This document shows positions 49,800 through 60,190 of a DNA stretch of 64,000 nucleotides, piece after piece. This DNA comes from Clostridia bacterium (GTDB lineage: Bacteria; Bacillota; Clostridia; UBA1212; DUPL01). Both the position numbers and the translations under genes were made by a program. Every line of letters begins with the position of its first letter. Positions within the stretch are counted from its first letter, which is position 1. The DNA lies in NCBI GenBank assembly GCA_050951325.1, contig JBMNIW010000012.1, positions 735,039 through 799,038 on the forward strand. Direction: 5' to 3'. The notes under the pieces are model-generated. The model was given only the letters and a program-made list of their open reading frames with translations, was not told the origin of the DNA and searched no databases.

Positions 49800-50647
49800 A
49801 TGTATATAACTATTGACAACATGGTTAAAAGATACAAAACACATCAAAGGCAGAATGCTTTCTCTGCAAATTCACAGGAGGAATTCTATAACTGGAGGGA
49901 TGAAACCCGAGAGGTGTTAATAAACCTTTTGGGCATGGATAAAATAAAGGTATGCGAAATTGAAGTAAAGGAAGTTTCGAGGGAGAAGGTGGACGGTTTT
50001 TACAGGGACAAACTGATTCTTAAAACGGAAGAGGACGTTTGGATGCCTTTTTATGTATTAATCCCAGAAGACTATAAGGATGGAGAGAAAAGACCGTGGC
50101 ATTATTGCATGCCACGGTCATGGCAGTGGTGGAAAGCTGTCTACTGCAGGCAAGGATGATATTAGTTTCTAGGAGACAGTGCTGACGAGATACTGGCATG
50201 CACTTGTGCACCTCTAAACCACCAGGCCATTTCGTTGGGCTTGTCATTAGATATGGGACTTGATGAGGCTTATTGATTACAGATACACAAGGCAGGATTG
50301 TGACAGTGGCAAACTAGGCTGCTGCGGTCTATCCGGAGGAGGGCTTCAGACTATCTGGCTTGCAGCCTTAGACGACAGGGTTAAGTACAGTGCGGTTAGC
50401 GGATATTTCTATGGGTATCTGGACAGTCTTTTGAAAATGCCTCAAAACTGCTCCTGCAACTTTGTACCAAATCTTTGGAAACATGTTGACATGGGAGATT
50501 AGAGCAGGTTGAAATAACTAGAAAAGCTTATGAGCTTTTAATGGAACGGATTATCTTGTTCATTTTGTTTTTGACGGAGAACATATATGGAATGGTAAAG
50601 AGACATATGCTTTTATGGATAGACATTTAAAGGATATGGGGGGATAA
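49800..50647 (+). pseudogene. Degraded alpha/beta-hydrolase (dienelactone hydrolase/Abhydrolase_7-like esterase)
   Basis: Fragments in different frames: MPFYVLIP, IIACHGHGSGGK, WDLMRLIDY, GLSGGG (nucleophile elbow), CSCNFVP, FDGEHIW. Internal stops and apparent deletions. Confidence 0.75.
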
Positions 50648-50649
50648 GA

Positions 50650-52020
50650 ATGAAAAGAAAGATAATTACCGTGATTGGTGGAGGCAGTGTGACATGGATG
50701 TCCGGACTGATGAGGGACGTGTATCTTTTGGACGAGATTGAAGGTGGTGAAATACGTCTTGTTGATCCTGACAAACCTAATGTGGAAGCTGTTGCACAAA
50801 TGCTCCAAAAGTTCAACGAGATAAGAGGGAAGGATTATGTAATATCGGTTGTTGATGATAGAAAGGCAGCCCTAAAAGATGCCGATTTTGTACTTACAAC
50901 CTTCAGTCCCGGTTCCATGGACGCATTTTATAACGATCTTGAGATACCTGTGAAATATGGAATAAGACTGCCTGTTTCGATGACAGTAGGAATACCCGGC
51001 ATATCAGCTGCCATCCGCACGGTTCCTGTGGCGTATGAAATAGTTAAAGAGATGGAGGAAGTTTGTCCTGGAGCCTGGCTCTTGAATGTTACAAACCCCA
51101 TGAGCTGTGTGACCCGTGCAATGAATCTGGCCGCTGAAAAGACCAAGGTTATCGGAATGTGTCATGAATTTCATGCATTTGGGGCATACATAGGTCCCAT
51201 ACTTGATTTAAACAGACCTCAAGGCATGGATGTTCTAACTTACCTGTACAAATGGCTGCCTGAGCAAGGGCTGGATTATACGGTTGCGGGAATAAATCAT
51301 TTTGTATGGCTGACAAAAGCTGTTTTGAATGGGGAGAATGTAATACCCAGAATTCGTAAATTCTGTGAAAAGAACCTTGATTTTGATACGGATGACCCGG
51401 TGCTCAAAACAATCGGTCTTGCAAAGATGGCACTTTGCAAACAGTTTGGCTACATGCCTCTTGCAGGAGACAGGCATCTTGTTGAGTTTTATCCAAGTTT
51501 ATGCAATATACGTAATGGGTTTGGCATGAAGTTCAATGTGGTAAAAACTACGGTGGATGTACGAAGGCATGCAAAGGAGAACGGCCTTAGACACATTAAG
51601 AATATTGCAAATGGTGTTGCACAGGTCAATTGGACCAGAACTGGTGAAGAAATGACAGAGATAATGAGGGCCATTGTAACGGGTGGTGAAGTAATGGCAA
51701 TAGTGAACATGCCGAACAAAGGGCAGATATCGAATATGCCAAAAGATGTGGTGGTTGAGACCCTTGCAGATGTTTCAAAGGATGGAGCAAGGCCCAAAAT
51801 ATCCGGTGAGCTGCCTGGAGCTGTTGGATCTTTATGCAGGTTTCATGCGGACATTCATGAAATGACTGTCAAGGCAGCACTTACAGGCGACAGAAAGCTT
51901 CTTGTTGAGGCAATGAGTCTGGATCCTTCAAGCGGCAGTGCATGTTTTGCTGAAATACCAAAGCTATGTGATGAATTGTTAAAGGCAAACAAGAAATGGC
52001 TGCCAAGGTTTTTTGAATAA
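50650..52020 (+). CDS. GH4 NAD+/Mn-dependent glycosidase (possible alpha-galacturonidase)
   Basis: IGGGS..W, ALKDADFV, TVG..G..RT, NVTNPM, GMCHEF, AGINHF, GDRH..EF, NMPNKGQISN. Confidence 0.88.
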   Translation: MKRKIITVIGGGSVTWMSGLMRDVYLLDEIEGGEIRLVDPDKPNVEAVAQMLQKFNEIRGKDYVISVVDDRKAALKDADFVLTTFSPGSMDAFYNDLEIPVKYGIRLPVSMTVGIPGISAAIRTVPVAYEIVKEMEEVCPGAWLLNVTNPMSCVTRAMNLAAEKTKVIGMCHEFHAFGAYIGPILDLNRPQGMDVLTYLYKWLPEQGLDYTVAGINHFVWLTKAVLNGENVIPRIRKFCEKNLDFDTDDPVLKTIGLAKMALCKQFGYMPLAGDRHLVEFYPSLCNIRNGFGMKFNVVKTTVDVRRHAKENGLRHIKNIANGVAQVNWTRTGEEMTEIMRAIVTGGEVMAIVNMPNKGQISNMPKDVVVETLADVSKDGARPKISGELPGAVGSLCRFHADIHEMTVKAALTGDRKLLVEAMSLDPSSGSACFAEIPKLCDELLKANKKWLPRFFE

Positions 52021-52034
52021 AAGGGGGCTTGCAT

Positions 52035-53078
52035 ATGGGCATACCTTACGATATTACATTTCATCCTAAATGGTGGCACAAGAATGCAGGAGTATCTTTT
52101 GACAAGGAATTTTTCTTTGATAATGATTACAGAATAGAAGCAGACATAAGGATGAGAAGGATTCTATATGAGAAATTTGGTGAGTTTGGTGTAGGAGAAA
52201 AGGATCCAAAGCCCCGTCCTATTCTTGGTTCTGATTTGATTGCTTCAGGGTTTTTGTACTCAGAGATTCTTGGATGCGAAGTCCGGTATTCAAAGGACAA
52301 CCCGCCTGAAGTTATTTGTGCATCCTTGAGTGATGAAGAAGTTGAGAACCTTGAATATGTTGACCTAAAGAAGGATCCTTTGTGGCAAAAGGTTGAAAAG
52401 TCCATAGAAGAGCTGTTGGTGAAGTTTGGGTTTGTGGATGCATGCATAAATCTTATGGGTATCCAGAATATTGCTCTTGATCTAAGAGGTCAGGAACTGT
52501 ACATAGACTACTACACAAATCCGGAACTGGCCCGCAAACTGCTTGATGTTTGTACGCACCTCTCAATAGATATTGGAAAGAGATTGTACGAGGTGTCTGA
52601 TACCATATCTGCAGGAGTTACGGGTATTGTAAGGAAGGCGGTTCCCGACATTTATCTTACCTCAAACTGCAGTGTGGATATGGTATCACTTGAGTCTTAC
52701 AAAGAGTTCCTTCTGCCCTGCGACAAGGCTTTGGCAAAATCATTTCCTGAGTTTGGAATACATCACTGTGGCAAATCCATGGAGCATGTGGTGGAAGGAT
52801 ATAGAGAGGTGCCAGAACTCAAGTTTGCCGAAGTAGGTGCTTTTTCTGATATAAAAAGGGTGAGGGAAGTTTTGCCTGATGTTTTTCTGAATCTTAGGTA
52901 CAGTCCGGTTAGACTCAAGAATGCAACCTTTGAAGAACTGAAATATGATATAGAGAAAATGGTAAGGGATGGATATGTGAAAGGTCTTGTGTCCGTATCC
53001 TGTGTAGGTATAGATGATGATGTGCCGGATGAGAAGGTGCGCAAGTTTCTGCAGGTTGTGAGCGGTATTAGTATTTGA
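52035..53078 (+). CDS. Uroporphyrinogen-decarboxylase/MtaA-fold protein
   Basis: NIALDLRGQELYIDYY..PE, FLLP, GIHHCG (H-x-C metal motif). Confidence 0.65.
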   Translation: MGIPYDITFHPKWWHKNAGVSFDKEFFFDNDYRIEADIRMRRILYEKFGEFGVGEKDPKPRPILGSDLIASGFLYSEILGCEVRYSKDNPPEVICASLSDEEVENLEYVDLKKDPLWQKVEKSIEELLVKFGFVDACINLMGIQNIALDLRGQELYIDYYTNPELARKLLDVCTHLSIDIGKRLYEVSDTISAGVTGIVRKAVPDIYLTSNCSVDMVSLESYKEFLLPCDKALAKSFPEFGIHHCGKSMEHVVEGYREVPELKFAEVGAFSDIKRVREVLPDVFLNLRYSPVRLKNATFEELKYDIEKMVRDGYVKGLVSVSCVGIDDDVPDEKVRKFLQVVSGISI

Positions 53079-53096
53079 ACAATGGAGGTAGATTGA

Positions 53097-54599
53097 ATGG
53101 AGAGATTAACAAGAGCAACCTTGGAAAAGAGAGTTAAGGAAAAGGTGGAGGATTATCCATGCAAGGTTGTTCAATTTGGAGAGGGTAATTTCCTGCGTGG
53201 GTTTGTTGACTGGATGATTAACAGGATGAATGAAAGTGGATTGTTTTGTGGAAAAGTAGTTGTTGTCCAGCCAATAAAATCGGGACTGGTTGATGAGCTG
53301 AACAAACAAGACGGCCTTTATACTTTAATCTTGAGAGGCATACATAATGGTGAGATAGTAAATAATACAGAAATCATTACTAGTGTAAGTCATGGAATTA
53401 ATCTGTATGAGAACTATGACAAGTACCTGGAGCTTGCAAGGAATCCTGACTTGAAAGTGATTGTTTCAAACACCACAGAAGCAGGTATTGCATACAACGA
53501 AAACGATAACTTTGACGACAGACCTCCTTCATCCTTTCCTGCAAAGCTTCTTTTATTTTTATACAATAGATTCAAGGCTTTCAATGGCGACAAGAATATG
53601 GGATTTTATATTTTTCCGTGCGAACTAATTGACAGAAATGGAGACAAGTTAAAGGAAATTTTATTGCAGTATATAGAAAAGTGGAGTTTGGGAGAGAATT
53701 TCAAAAAGTGGGTTTGTGAATGTAACCATTTTTACAACACTTTGGTTGATAGAATAGTTACAGGGTATCCAGAAAAAGAGATGGAAAAACTAACTGAAGA
53801 ATTGGGATATGTAGACAGACTGGTGGATACAGGGGAGGTATTCCATTTGTGGGTGATAGAGGGCGACAAAAATATTTTGAATGTCTTGCCATTTGACAAA
53901 CTGGATTTGAATGTAATATTGACAAATGACTTAACTCCGTACAGGGACCGAAAGGTTAGAATATTAAATGGTGCACATACCATGACAGTGCTAGCAGCTT
54001 ACCTTTATGGAAAAGACACTGTAAAGGAGTGTGTTGATGATGAGCTTGTAAATTTATACATGAGAAAGGGTATATTTGAAGAAATAATTCCAACGCTTGA
54101 TCTTCCCAAGGAAGATTTGATAGATTTTGCAAACAGTGTTCTAGAAAGATTTGCAAATCCGTTTATTCAGCACTATTTACTCAGTATCTCGTTAAATTCT
54201 GTTTCCAAGTTCAGAACAAGAGTATTACCTTCAATACTTGAGTATGCAAAAAGGAAAGGAAGAATTCCCCAAGTTATGTCTTTTTCCTTTGCAGCCTTGA
54301 TGGCTTTTTACAGAGGTGAAAGGTTGAAAAATGATTGTCTTGTTGGCTACAGAAAAGGTATTGAGTACGAGATAAGGGATGATGTGAATAATCTTGTTAT
54401 GTTCAAGGAGCTTTGGGACGGGTTTGACGGAACTAGAAAATCGGTGGAGAGAATAGTCAAAACTGTCTTTTCGAAGAAAGCGTTGTGGGATATGGATTTG
54501 AACGAGGTTGAAGGTTTGGCAGACCTTGTCGCAGGCTTTTTGTTCGATATTGTAACAAGTGGAATAGAAAACACAATGAAAGGATTGGTTTATGGTTAA
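53097..54599 (+). CDS. uxaB: Tagaturonate reductase (altronate oxidoreductase)
   Basis: QFGEGNFLRGF, SNTTEAGI, PCELI, LVDRIVTG, KVRILNGAH, LNSVSKF. Confidence 0.93.
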   Translation: MERLTRATLEKRVKEKVEDYPCKVVQFGEGNFLRGFVDWMINRMNESGLFCGKVVVVQPIKSGLVDELNKQDGLYTLILRGIHNGEIVNNTEIITSVSHGINLYENYDKYLELARNPDLKVIVSNTTEAGIAYNENDNFDDRPPSSFPAKLLLFLYNRFKAFNGDKNMGFYIFPCELIDRNGDKLKEILLQYIEKWSLGENFKKWVCECNHFYNTLVDRIVTGYPEKEMEKLTEELGYVDRLVDTGEVFHLWVIEGDKNILNVLPFDKLDLNVILTNDLTPYRDRKVRILNGAHTMTVLAAYLYGKDTVKECVDDELVNLYMRKGIFEEIIPTLDLPKEDLIDFANSVLERFANPFIQHYLLSISLNSVSKFRTRVLPSILEYAKRKGRIPQVMSFSFAALMAFYRGERLKNDCLVGYRKGIEYEIRDDVNNLVMFKELWDGFDGTRKSVERIVKTVFSKKALWDMDLNEVEGLADLVAGFLFDIVTSGIENTMKGLVYG

Positions 54600-56073
54600 T
54601 CGGAATACGGCCTTGATAATACATGAAAAGGATAATGTATTGTGTGCTTTGAACGACATTAAAAAAGGAGAAGCTGTTTTGGATTTTCGTGCTCTTGAAG
54701 ATATCCCAAAAGGGCATAAAATAGCCCTTTTGGATATTGAAAAAGGAGAAGAGGTTGTAAAATACGGTTTTCCTATAGGAAGGGCGTTAAAACCTATAAA
54801 GAGAGGTTCTTTTGTACACACGCACAATCTAACGACAAATCTTGAAGGAGTGCTGGATTATACATACAACCCTGTAACAGTTGATGAAGATGTTTTGGAG
54901 TATGCGACATTCATGGGATATGAAAGGGAAGATGGCAGCGTAGGTGTAAGGAATGAAATCTGGATAATCAATACTGTGGGGTGCGTAAACAAAACTGCGG
55001 AACTGCTTGCAAGGCAGGCAAATGAAAGGTTTAAAGGCAAAGTGGATGGTGTGTTTTCTTTCTGTCATCCTTATGGATGCTCGCAGCTGGGACAGGATGC
55101 TCTTGTAACCCAGAAGATACTTGCAGGTCTTGTCCATCATCCCAATGCAGCCGGTGTTCTTGTGCTGGGTCTTGGATGCGAGAATAATAATATTGATGTG
55201 TTCAAGAAGGTGCTTGGCAATACTAATGACAAACGAGTGAAGTTTTTGGAAACCCAAAAAGTAGAGGATGAGATAGAGGAAGGATTGAGATTAATAAATG
55301 TGCTTGTTGAGTATGCACAAACCTTTGAGCGTACAGAATGCCCTGCTTCAAATCTTATTCTTGGTCTAAAATGCGGGGGCAGTGATGCATTTTCAGGCAT
55401 TACAGCAAATCCTTTGGTGGGGAAAATCTCTGACAGGCTCGTTGCAATGGGTGGGACTTCTGTTTTGACTGAAGTGCCTGAGATGTTTGGTGCCGAAAAT
55501 ATTCTAATGGACAGGTGTATCAACAAGGATGTGTTTGACAGGCTTGTCGCTGTTGTAAACGGATACAAGGAATATTTTCTAAAGCATGGACAGGTAGTAT
55601 ATGAGAATCCTTCGCCTGGAAACAAGGAAGGAGGCATAACAACTCTTGAGGAAAAATCTTTAGGCTGTGTACAAAAGGGTGGGACAAGTGCTGTTGTGGA
55701 TGTATTAAAATATGGTGACAGGGTCGAAAAGAATGGTCTAAACATATTGGAAGGTCCAGGCAATGATATGGTTGCACAGACAGTTTTGGCAGCCAGCGGT
55801 GCCCAGATAATACTGTTTACCACGGGCAGAGGCACGCCTCTTGGAGCTCCGGTGCCTACAATCAAGATATCTACGAATAGCGAATTATATACAAGAAAGA
55901 GGAAATGGATCGATTTCAATGCAGGAAAACTTCTTGAATCCGAGAGTATGGAAGACATGTGCAAGGAGCTATTTGTATATATACTTGATGTGGCTTCTGG
56001 TAATGTGTATACATGCAATGAAAAATATGGCTACAGGGAGATTGCCATACTAAAAGATGGAGTGACTTTGTAA
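54592..56073 (+). CDS. uxaA: Altronate dehydratase (SAF plus UxaA)
   Basis: IPKGHKIAL..VKYG, VHTHN, HPYGCSQ, LGLGCE, CGGSD, NPSPGNK.GG, FTTGRG. Confidence 0.93.
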   Translation: MVNRNTALIIHEKDNVLCALNDIKKGEAVLDFRALEDIPKGHKIALLDIEKGEEVVKYGFPIGRALKPIKRGSFVHTHNLTTNLEGVLDYTYNPVTVDEDVLEYATFMGYEREDGSVGVRNEIWIINTVGCVNKTAELLARQANERFKGKVDGVFSFCHPYGCSQLGQDALVTQKILAGLVHHPNAAGVLVLGLGCENNNIDVFKKVLGNTNDKRVKFLETQKVEDEIEEGLRLINVLVEYAQTFERTECPASNLILGLKCGGSDAFSGITANPLVGKISDRLVAMGGTSVLTEVPEMFGAENILMDRCINKDVFDRLVAVVNGYKEYFLKHGQVVYENPSPGNKEGGITTLEEKSLGCVQKGGTSAVVDVLKYGDRVEKNGLNILEGPGNDMVAQTVLAASGAQIILFTTGRGTPLGAPVPTIKISTNSELYTRKRKWIDFNAGKLLESESMEDMCKELFVYILDVASGNVYTCNEKYGYREIAILKDGVTL

Positions 56074-56089
56074 GGAAGGAGAAGATGTT

Positions 56090-57487
56090 ATGAGTAAGTT
56101 TATTCATGATGATTTTTTGCTGAGTAATGACTCGGCAAAGATTCTGTATCACACGTATGCAAAGGATATGCCGATAATAGATTACCACTGCCATATTAGC
56201 CCCAAAGATATTGCAGAGAACAGAAAGTACAAGAACATAACCGAACTTTGGCTTGGCGGCGACCACTACAAGTGGAGGGCAATGAGGTCAAACGGTGTTG
56301 ATGAAAAGTACATAACAGGAGATGCACTTGACGAGGAAAAGTTTTCTAAATGGGCGGACACAGTTCCATATACTCTTGGAAATCCTCTTTACCACTGGAC
56401 TCATCTTGAATTGGAGAGGTATTTTGGCATAAGCAAACTGCTTGGACCGGATACGAGGGAGGAAATCTGGATGCAATGCAATGAAATGCTAAAGTCGGAC
56501 GACCTTAGTGTAAGGGAGATAATAAAGAGGTCGAAAGTGGAAGTAATATGTACAACGGATGATCCTGTGGATGATTTAATGTATCATAGAAAGATACAAG
56601 GGGACAAGAGTTTTGACGTCAAGGTTCTTCCTTCATTCAGACCTGACAAGGCGCTAAATATTGAAAACAAGGGGTTTGTTGAATACGTCGAGAAGCTTGA
56701 AGAAGCTTCAAGCGTGGATATCACCAATCTAGATGATCTAAAACTTGCCCTGAGAAAGAGAATGGAGTTTTTCAACGAGCATGGCTGCAGGCTTTCTGAC
56801 CATGCCATGGATCCTGTGTACTTTGAGGAATGTGATGATGAAAAAGCTGACAAGACGCTCAAGAAAGCACTGGCTGGAGAAAGTCTTGCAAGGCATGAAG
56901 TTGAAGGATACAAGACAAACGTTATTCTTTTCCTTGGCAGGGAATACGCAAGACTGAATTGGACAATGCAGCTTCATATTGGCGTAATAAGGAATGTGAA
57001 CAGCAGGATGATGGAGAAGCTGGGTCCTGACACGGGTTTTGATTGTATTGGAGACTACTCCTTTGCAAAAGGACTGTGCAGTCTGCTGGACAGTCTTGAC
57101 AGAACTAACAAGCTTCCAAGAACCATTCTATATTGCATAAATCCAAGAGACAATGAACTTCTGGCATCAATTATTGGGTGTTTCCAGAGAGATGTGCCGT
57201 GTAAGATACAGTTTGGTTCAGGTTGGTGGTTCAATGACCAGAAGGATGGCATGATTCGTCAGATGACTGCTCTTGCAAACCTTGGCTTGCTCAGCAGGTT
57301 TGTAGGTATGCTTACTGATTCAAGAAGTTTTCTTTCATATACCAGGCATGAGTATTTCAGAAGGATTCTGTGTAATTTTCTGGGAGGGCAGATGGAAGCA
57401 GGAGAAATACCGAAAGACTTTGGTCTTGTTGGTAAAATGGTACAGGATATATGCTACAATAACGCAAAAAGATATTTTGGATTTTGA
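56090..57487 (+). CDS. uxaC: Uronate isomerase
   Basis: PIIDYHCH, GDHYKWRAMR, NPLYHWTHLEL, CTTDDP, WWFND, GMLTDSRSFLSY.RHEYFRR. Confidence 0.96.
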   Translation: MSKFIHDDFLLSNDSAKILYHTYAKDMPIIDYHCHISPKDIAENRKYKNITELWLGGDHYKWRAMRSNGVDEKYITGDALDEEKFSKWADTVPYTLGNPLYHWTHLELERYFGISKLLGPDTREEIWMQCNEMLKSDDLSVREIIKRSKVEVICTTDDPVDDLMYHRKIQGDKSFDVKVLPSFRPDKALNIENKGFVEYVEKLEEASSVDITNLDDLKLALRKRMEFFNEHGCRLSDHAMDPVYFEECDDEKADKTLKKALAGESLARHEVEGYKTNVILFLGREYARLNWTMQLHIGVIRNVNSRMMEKLGPDTGFDCIGDYSFAKGLCSLLDSLDRTNKLPRTILYCINPRDNELLASIIGCFQRDVPCKIQFGSGWWFNDQKDGMIRQMTALANLGLLSRFVGMLTDSRSFLSYTRHEYFRRILCNFLGGQMEAGEIPKDFGLVGKMVQDICYNNAKRYFGF

Positions 57488-57493
57488 TAGTAA

Positions 57494-57521
57494 TTCTCCC
57501 ATCCTGTATAGGATGGGAGAA
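57494..57521. terminator. Terminator hairpin after uxaC
   Basis: TTCTCCCATCCT-GTAT-AGGATGGGAGAA. Confidence 0.8.
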
Positions 57522-57586
57522 AAATTTCCTGTTTTGTATTATTCAGAAGAATTATCCAGATTTACTGTTATATAGATAAATCTGAT

Positions 57587-58197
57587 TCAATACAAGAAAC
57601 GACATGACGCAAGACGGTGGCTTATGAATATTGCGGTTTTGTTTTCAACAATTTTGTTAAAACGGGTGTATACTTCGTATTCAGCTACCGGATCCAATGC
57701 TGCAGTCGGCTCATCCAGAATTATAAATGCGCTATTTTTGTAGAGTGTTCGTGCCAGTGCTATCTTCTGAGCCTCTCCGCTGGATATCTCAACTCCGTTA
57801 TCGCTAAAATCCTTGTAAAGGTATGTATCCATTTTGCTCCACCTATCGTTGAAACCGGCTTTGGCAAGACATGAAACCGCATAATCTTCGTCAAATTCAA
57901 CTCTGGATGCCACGTTCTGTACAAGTGTGAAGGCAAGCAGGTTGAAATCCTGAAAAACTACAGAGAAAATGGACATGTATTCCTTGTAGTTGTATTTTCT
58001 TATATCTATTCCTTAAGCAGAATCTCGCCTTCGGTTGGATCGTAAAGCCTGCATAATAACTTTATAAATGTTATTTTTCCAGAGCCGTTTTTGCCTACAA
58101 CTGCAAGTTTTTCTCCTTTTCGGAACTTGATGGATACATTTTTTAACGCATTAGTGTTTGAAGAAGGGTAGTCATCGCAAATTGCTATCTTGTACAT
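57587..58197 (-). pseudogene. ABC exporter ATPase remnant fused to first codons of a response regulator
   Basis: Walker A GKNGSGKIT, degenerate signature ISSGEAQK, LDEPTAALD, ISHRL. Frameshift near 58010, no TM domain, truncated end. Begins MYKIAICDD. Confidence 0.75.
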
Positions 58198-58218
58198 TGA
58201 ACCATCCCTTTTTTTATT

Positions 58219-60033
58219 CTATCCTTTTGCCTTGTTGCTGAAAAGGTAGTTCATTCTGCCGTACGGAGCGCAGTCTCCATCGGTATAGAAGGAGAAAATG
58301 TCATCATCATTGAAATTGTCAGCCCACTTAAATTGGATGTCAATTATCTTTCCTTTAATTCCAAGTAATTCTTTGCTGATTCTTAGATGCATTTCATTGC
58401 CTTCTTTTTTGTATTCTGCTTCTCCCACTTTTTCAGTAGAGTAGCCGTTTGCAAACTTCTCGATTACAAGACCACTGCTGCCCTTTAGCCTGTTGACAAC
58501 AAAATCGTATCCTTTCCATCCCTGATTTCCTTGACCGGAATTAATAAACAAGGTCATGCTGTTGTTTGTATCATTTTGTATGTCATCTACAGTCTTTACG
58601 TAAAAATATACGTATTTGGCATCATGCATTACACACATCACGTCAAAGTCGTTTTTGCCTGTCTGATTTATGTATCTCTCCTTGCCAAATCCTCTTTCAT
58701 CCCTGTTAACTATGTCGTTTATATAATCCTTGTAGACAGCACTTGCCTGCTGCCATTGAGAAAAATCCCCACTGATATCAATGGTTGTTTCCTTGCCTGT
58801 GTTGACACGGGCAGGAGCTCCTTTGAACTTCCTTATATATTCAGTCATCTGCATATAGTAGTTGTCGCCATAATAGCCTTGCATTGGCTCTATGTCTCTA
58901 CTATTCTCAAGGTCGGCACAGTCAACAAAGACAATGGGTTCATTGGGAACCCCGGGCTGTCTTTGCGCAACCCATTCATTCCAACCTGTAATAAAGATAA
59001 CTCTGGGGTCAAAAGAGAGAGCATACTCGAATTGCTCTGCAAAGTTGTAACCGTATAGATATGCGTCTTCAGAATCATCATTCCTGCCGTTATGGTAGTT
59101 TCTGGACCTGTTCTTGTGGTCCTTGGTATACCAATCCGAGCTGAACCGTATTGTATCCAGATGTTGTGCAACGGAAACGCTCATTAGTTCGGGGTTGCCA
59201 TTCTTGTCTCTGAATACCCACTGTTTATCCTCAAAAGAAATCCATGGAAAACCATCATCGTAATGTTTAAAGGAGCCATCGGGATTCTTTTCATCAGGCC
59301 ATTGGCGCTGTTTAATCCTGAAAAAGTCTTTAACTTCCTGACTTGTTGCAGGGTCATTCGGGTCTCCAATAATCATTGGCTTTCCATCCCAGTATAACCA
59401 GATATGACTGTATTCCGGATGCCTCTTGTATACTTCCTTGTAAATTGCATTCATTGTTTTACCGCTTGAACCGCTTGTGTAAAATGCACATTTTGGCACT
59501 TTGAAATCTTGTTGGTGATACTTGTCAAGTATTTCAAACAGTTTTAAAGCTTGTTTTGAATAGGGAAAACCGTTTGTTGTATCAAAGACAATGAAGTCAA
59601 CACCACTATCAGTAAGCATCTGTACATGCTTCGTCATTACCCAGGTATCATCCGAGGTATAGTAGCCGAAGAGTGGTTCTCCCCAAAAATGATGTTCATA
59701 CAATCCGCCGCCACCGCTTGCTTTCCAATCCTTTTCAGAGAGAATGGCATCGGGATTGTTTTTAAGTATCTTGGTAATGTCGTAAGGTCCCGCTGTTCCA
59801 TGCTGTCCTTGCCATAAAAAGTAGAAGATGCCGACCAGTTTTTCTTCTTTTATTTCGGTAATGTCTAAATATGATAACTCTCTGCCCAGATCATCTACAC
59901 CGACAAGAACACCGTTTACGTCTGAATATGGACCATTATACAATACAAACTCCTCCTTGTTTACGCTGCCATTTTTACAGCCTGCAATAAAAAGAAGCAA
60001 TACAGCAAGAAGAATAACACTTACCCTCTTCAT
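58219..60033 (-). CDS. Lipoprotein GH99/GH71-like TIM-barrel glycosidase (paralog of 35761-38175)
   Basis: RBS AAGGAG, lipobox IAGC. GVDDLGR, VGIFYFLW, FWGEPLFGYY, FDTTNG, TGWNEW, SRDIEP, FKWADN. Confidence 0.65.
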   Translation of the reverse strand: MKRVSVILLAVLLLFIAGCKNGSVNKEEFVLYNGPYSDVNGVLVGVDDLGRELSYLDITEIKEEKLVGIFYFLWQGQHGTAGPYDITKILKNNPDAILSEKDWKASGGGGLYEHHFWGEPLFGYYTSDDTWVMTKHVQMLTDSGVDFIVFDTTNGFPYSKQALKLFEILDKYHQQDFKVPKCAFYTSGSSGKTMNAIYKEVYKRHPEYSHIWLYWDGKPMIIGDPNDPATSQEVKDFFRIKQRQWPDEKNPDGSFKHYDDGFPWISFEDKQWVFRDKNGNPELMSVSVAQHLDTIRFSSDWYTKDHKNRSRNYHNGRNDDSEDAYLYGYNFAEQFEYALSFDPRVIFITGWNEWVAQRQPGVPNEPIVFVDCADLENSRDIEPMQGYYGDNYYMQMTEYIRKFKGAPARVNTGKETTIDISGDFSQWQQASAVYKDYINDIVNRDERGFGKERYINQTGKNDFDVMCVMHDAKYVYFYVKTVDDIQNDTNNSMTLFINSGQGNQGWKGYDFVVNRLKGSSGLVIEKFANGYSTEKVGEAEYKKEGNEMHLRISKELLGIKGKIIDIQFKWADNFNDDDIFSFYTDGDCAPYGRMNYLFSNKAKG

Positions 60034-60190
60034 GAGAATCTCCTTTCTGACGTATCGATTTCTTCTATTCAAGGATATCACACAGAAGTGTTTACTGCAA
60101 TTATCCTCTTCTCTAAAATAAATCATGGCGTTTTTTTGTATATTTAAAAAGCTATTAAAAATATTAGATCTATGTAAACTTATGTCTGAA

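Noticed and set aside
55137-56018. 293-aa antisense ORF (also 17181-17870, 46556-47143, 8863-9432 and similar)
   Set aside because: These are shadow ORFs opposite well-supported genes, with no RBS or motifs.
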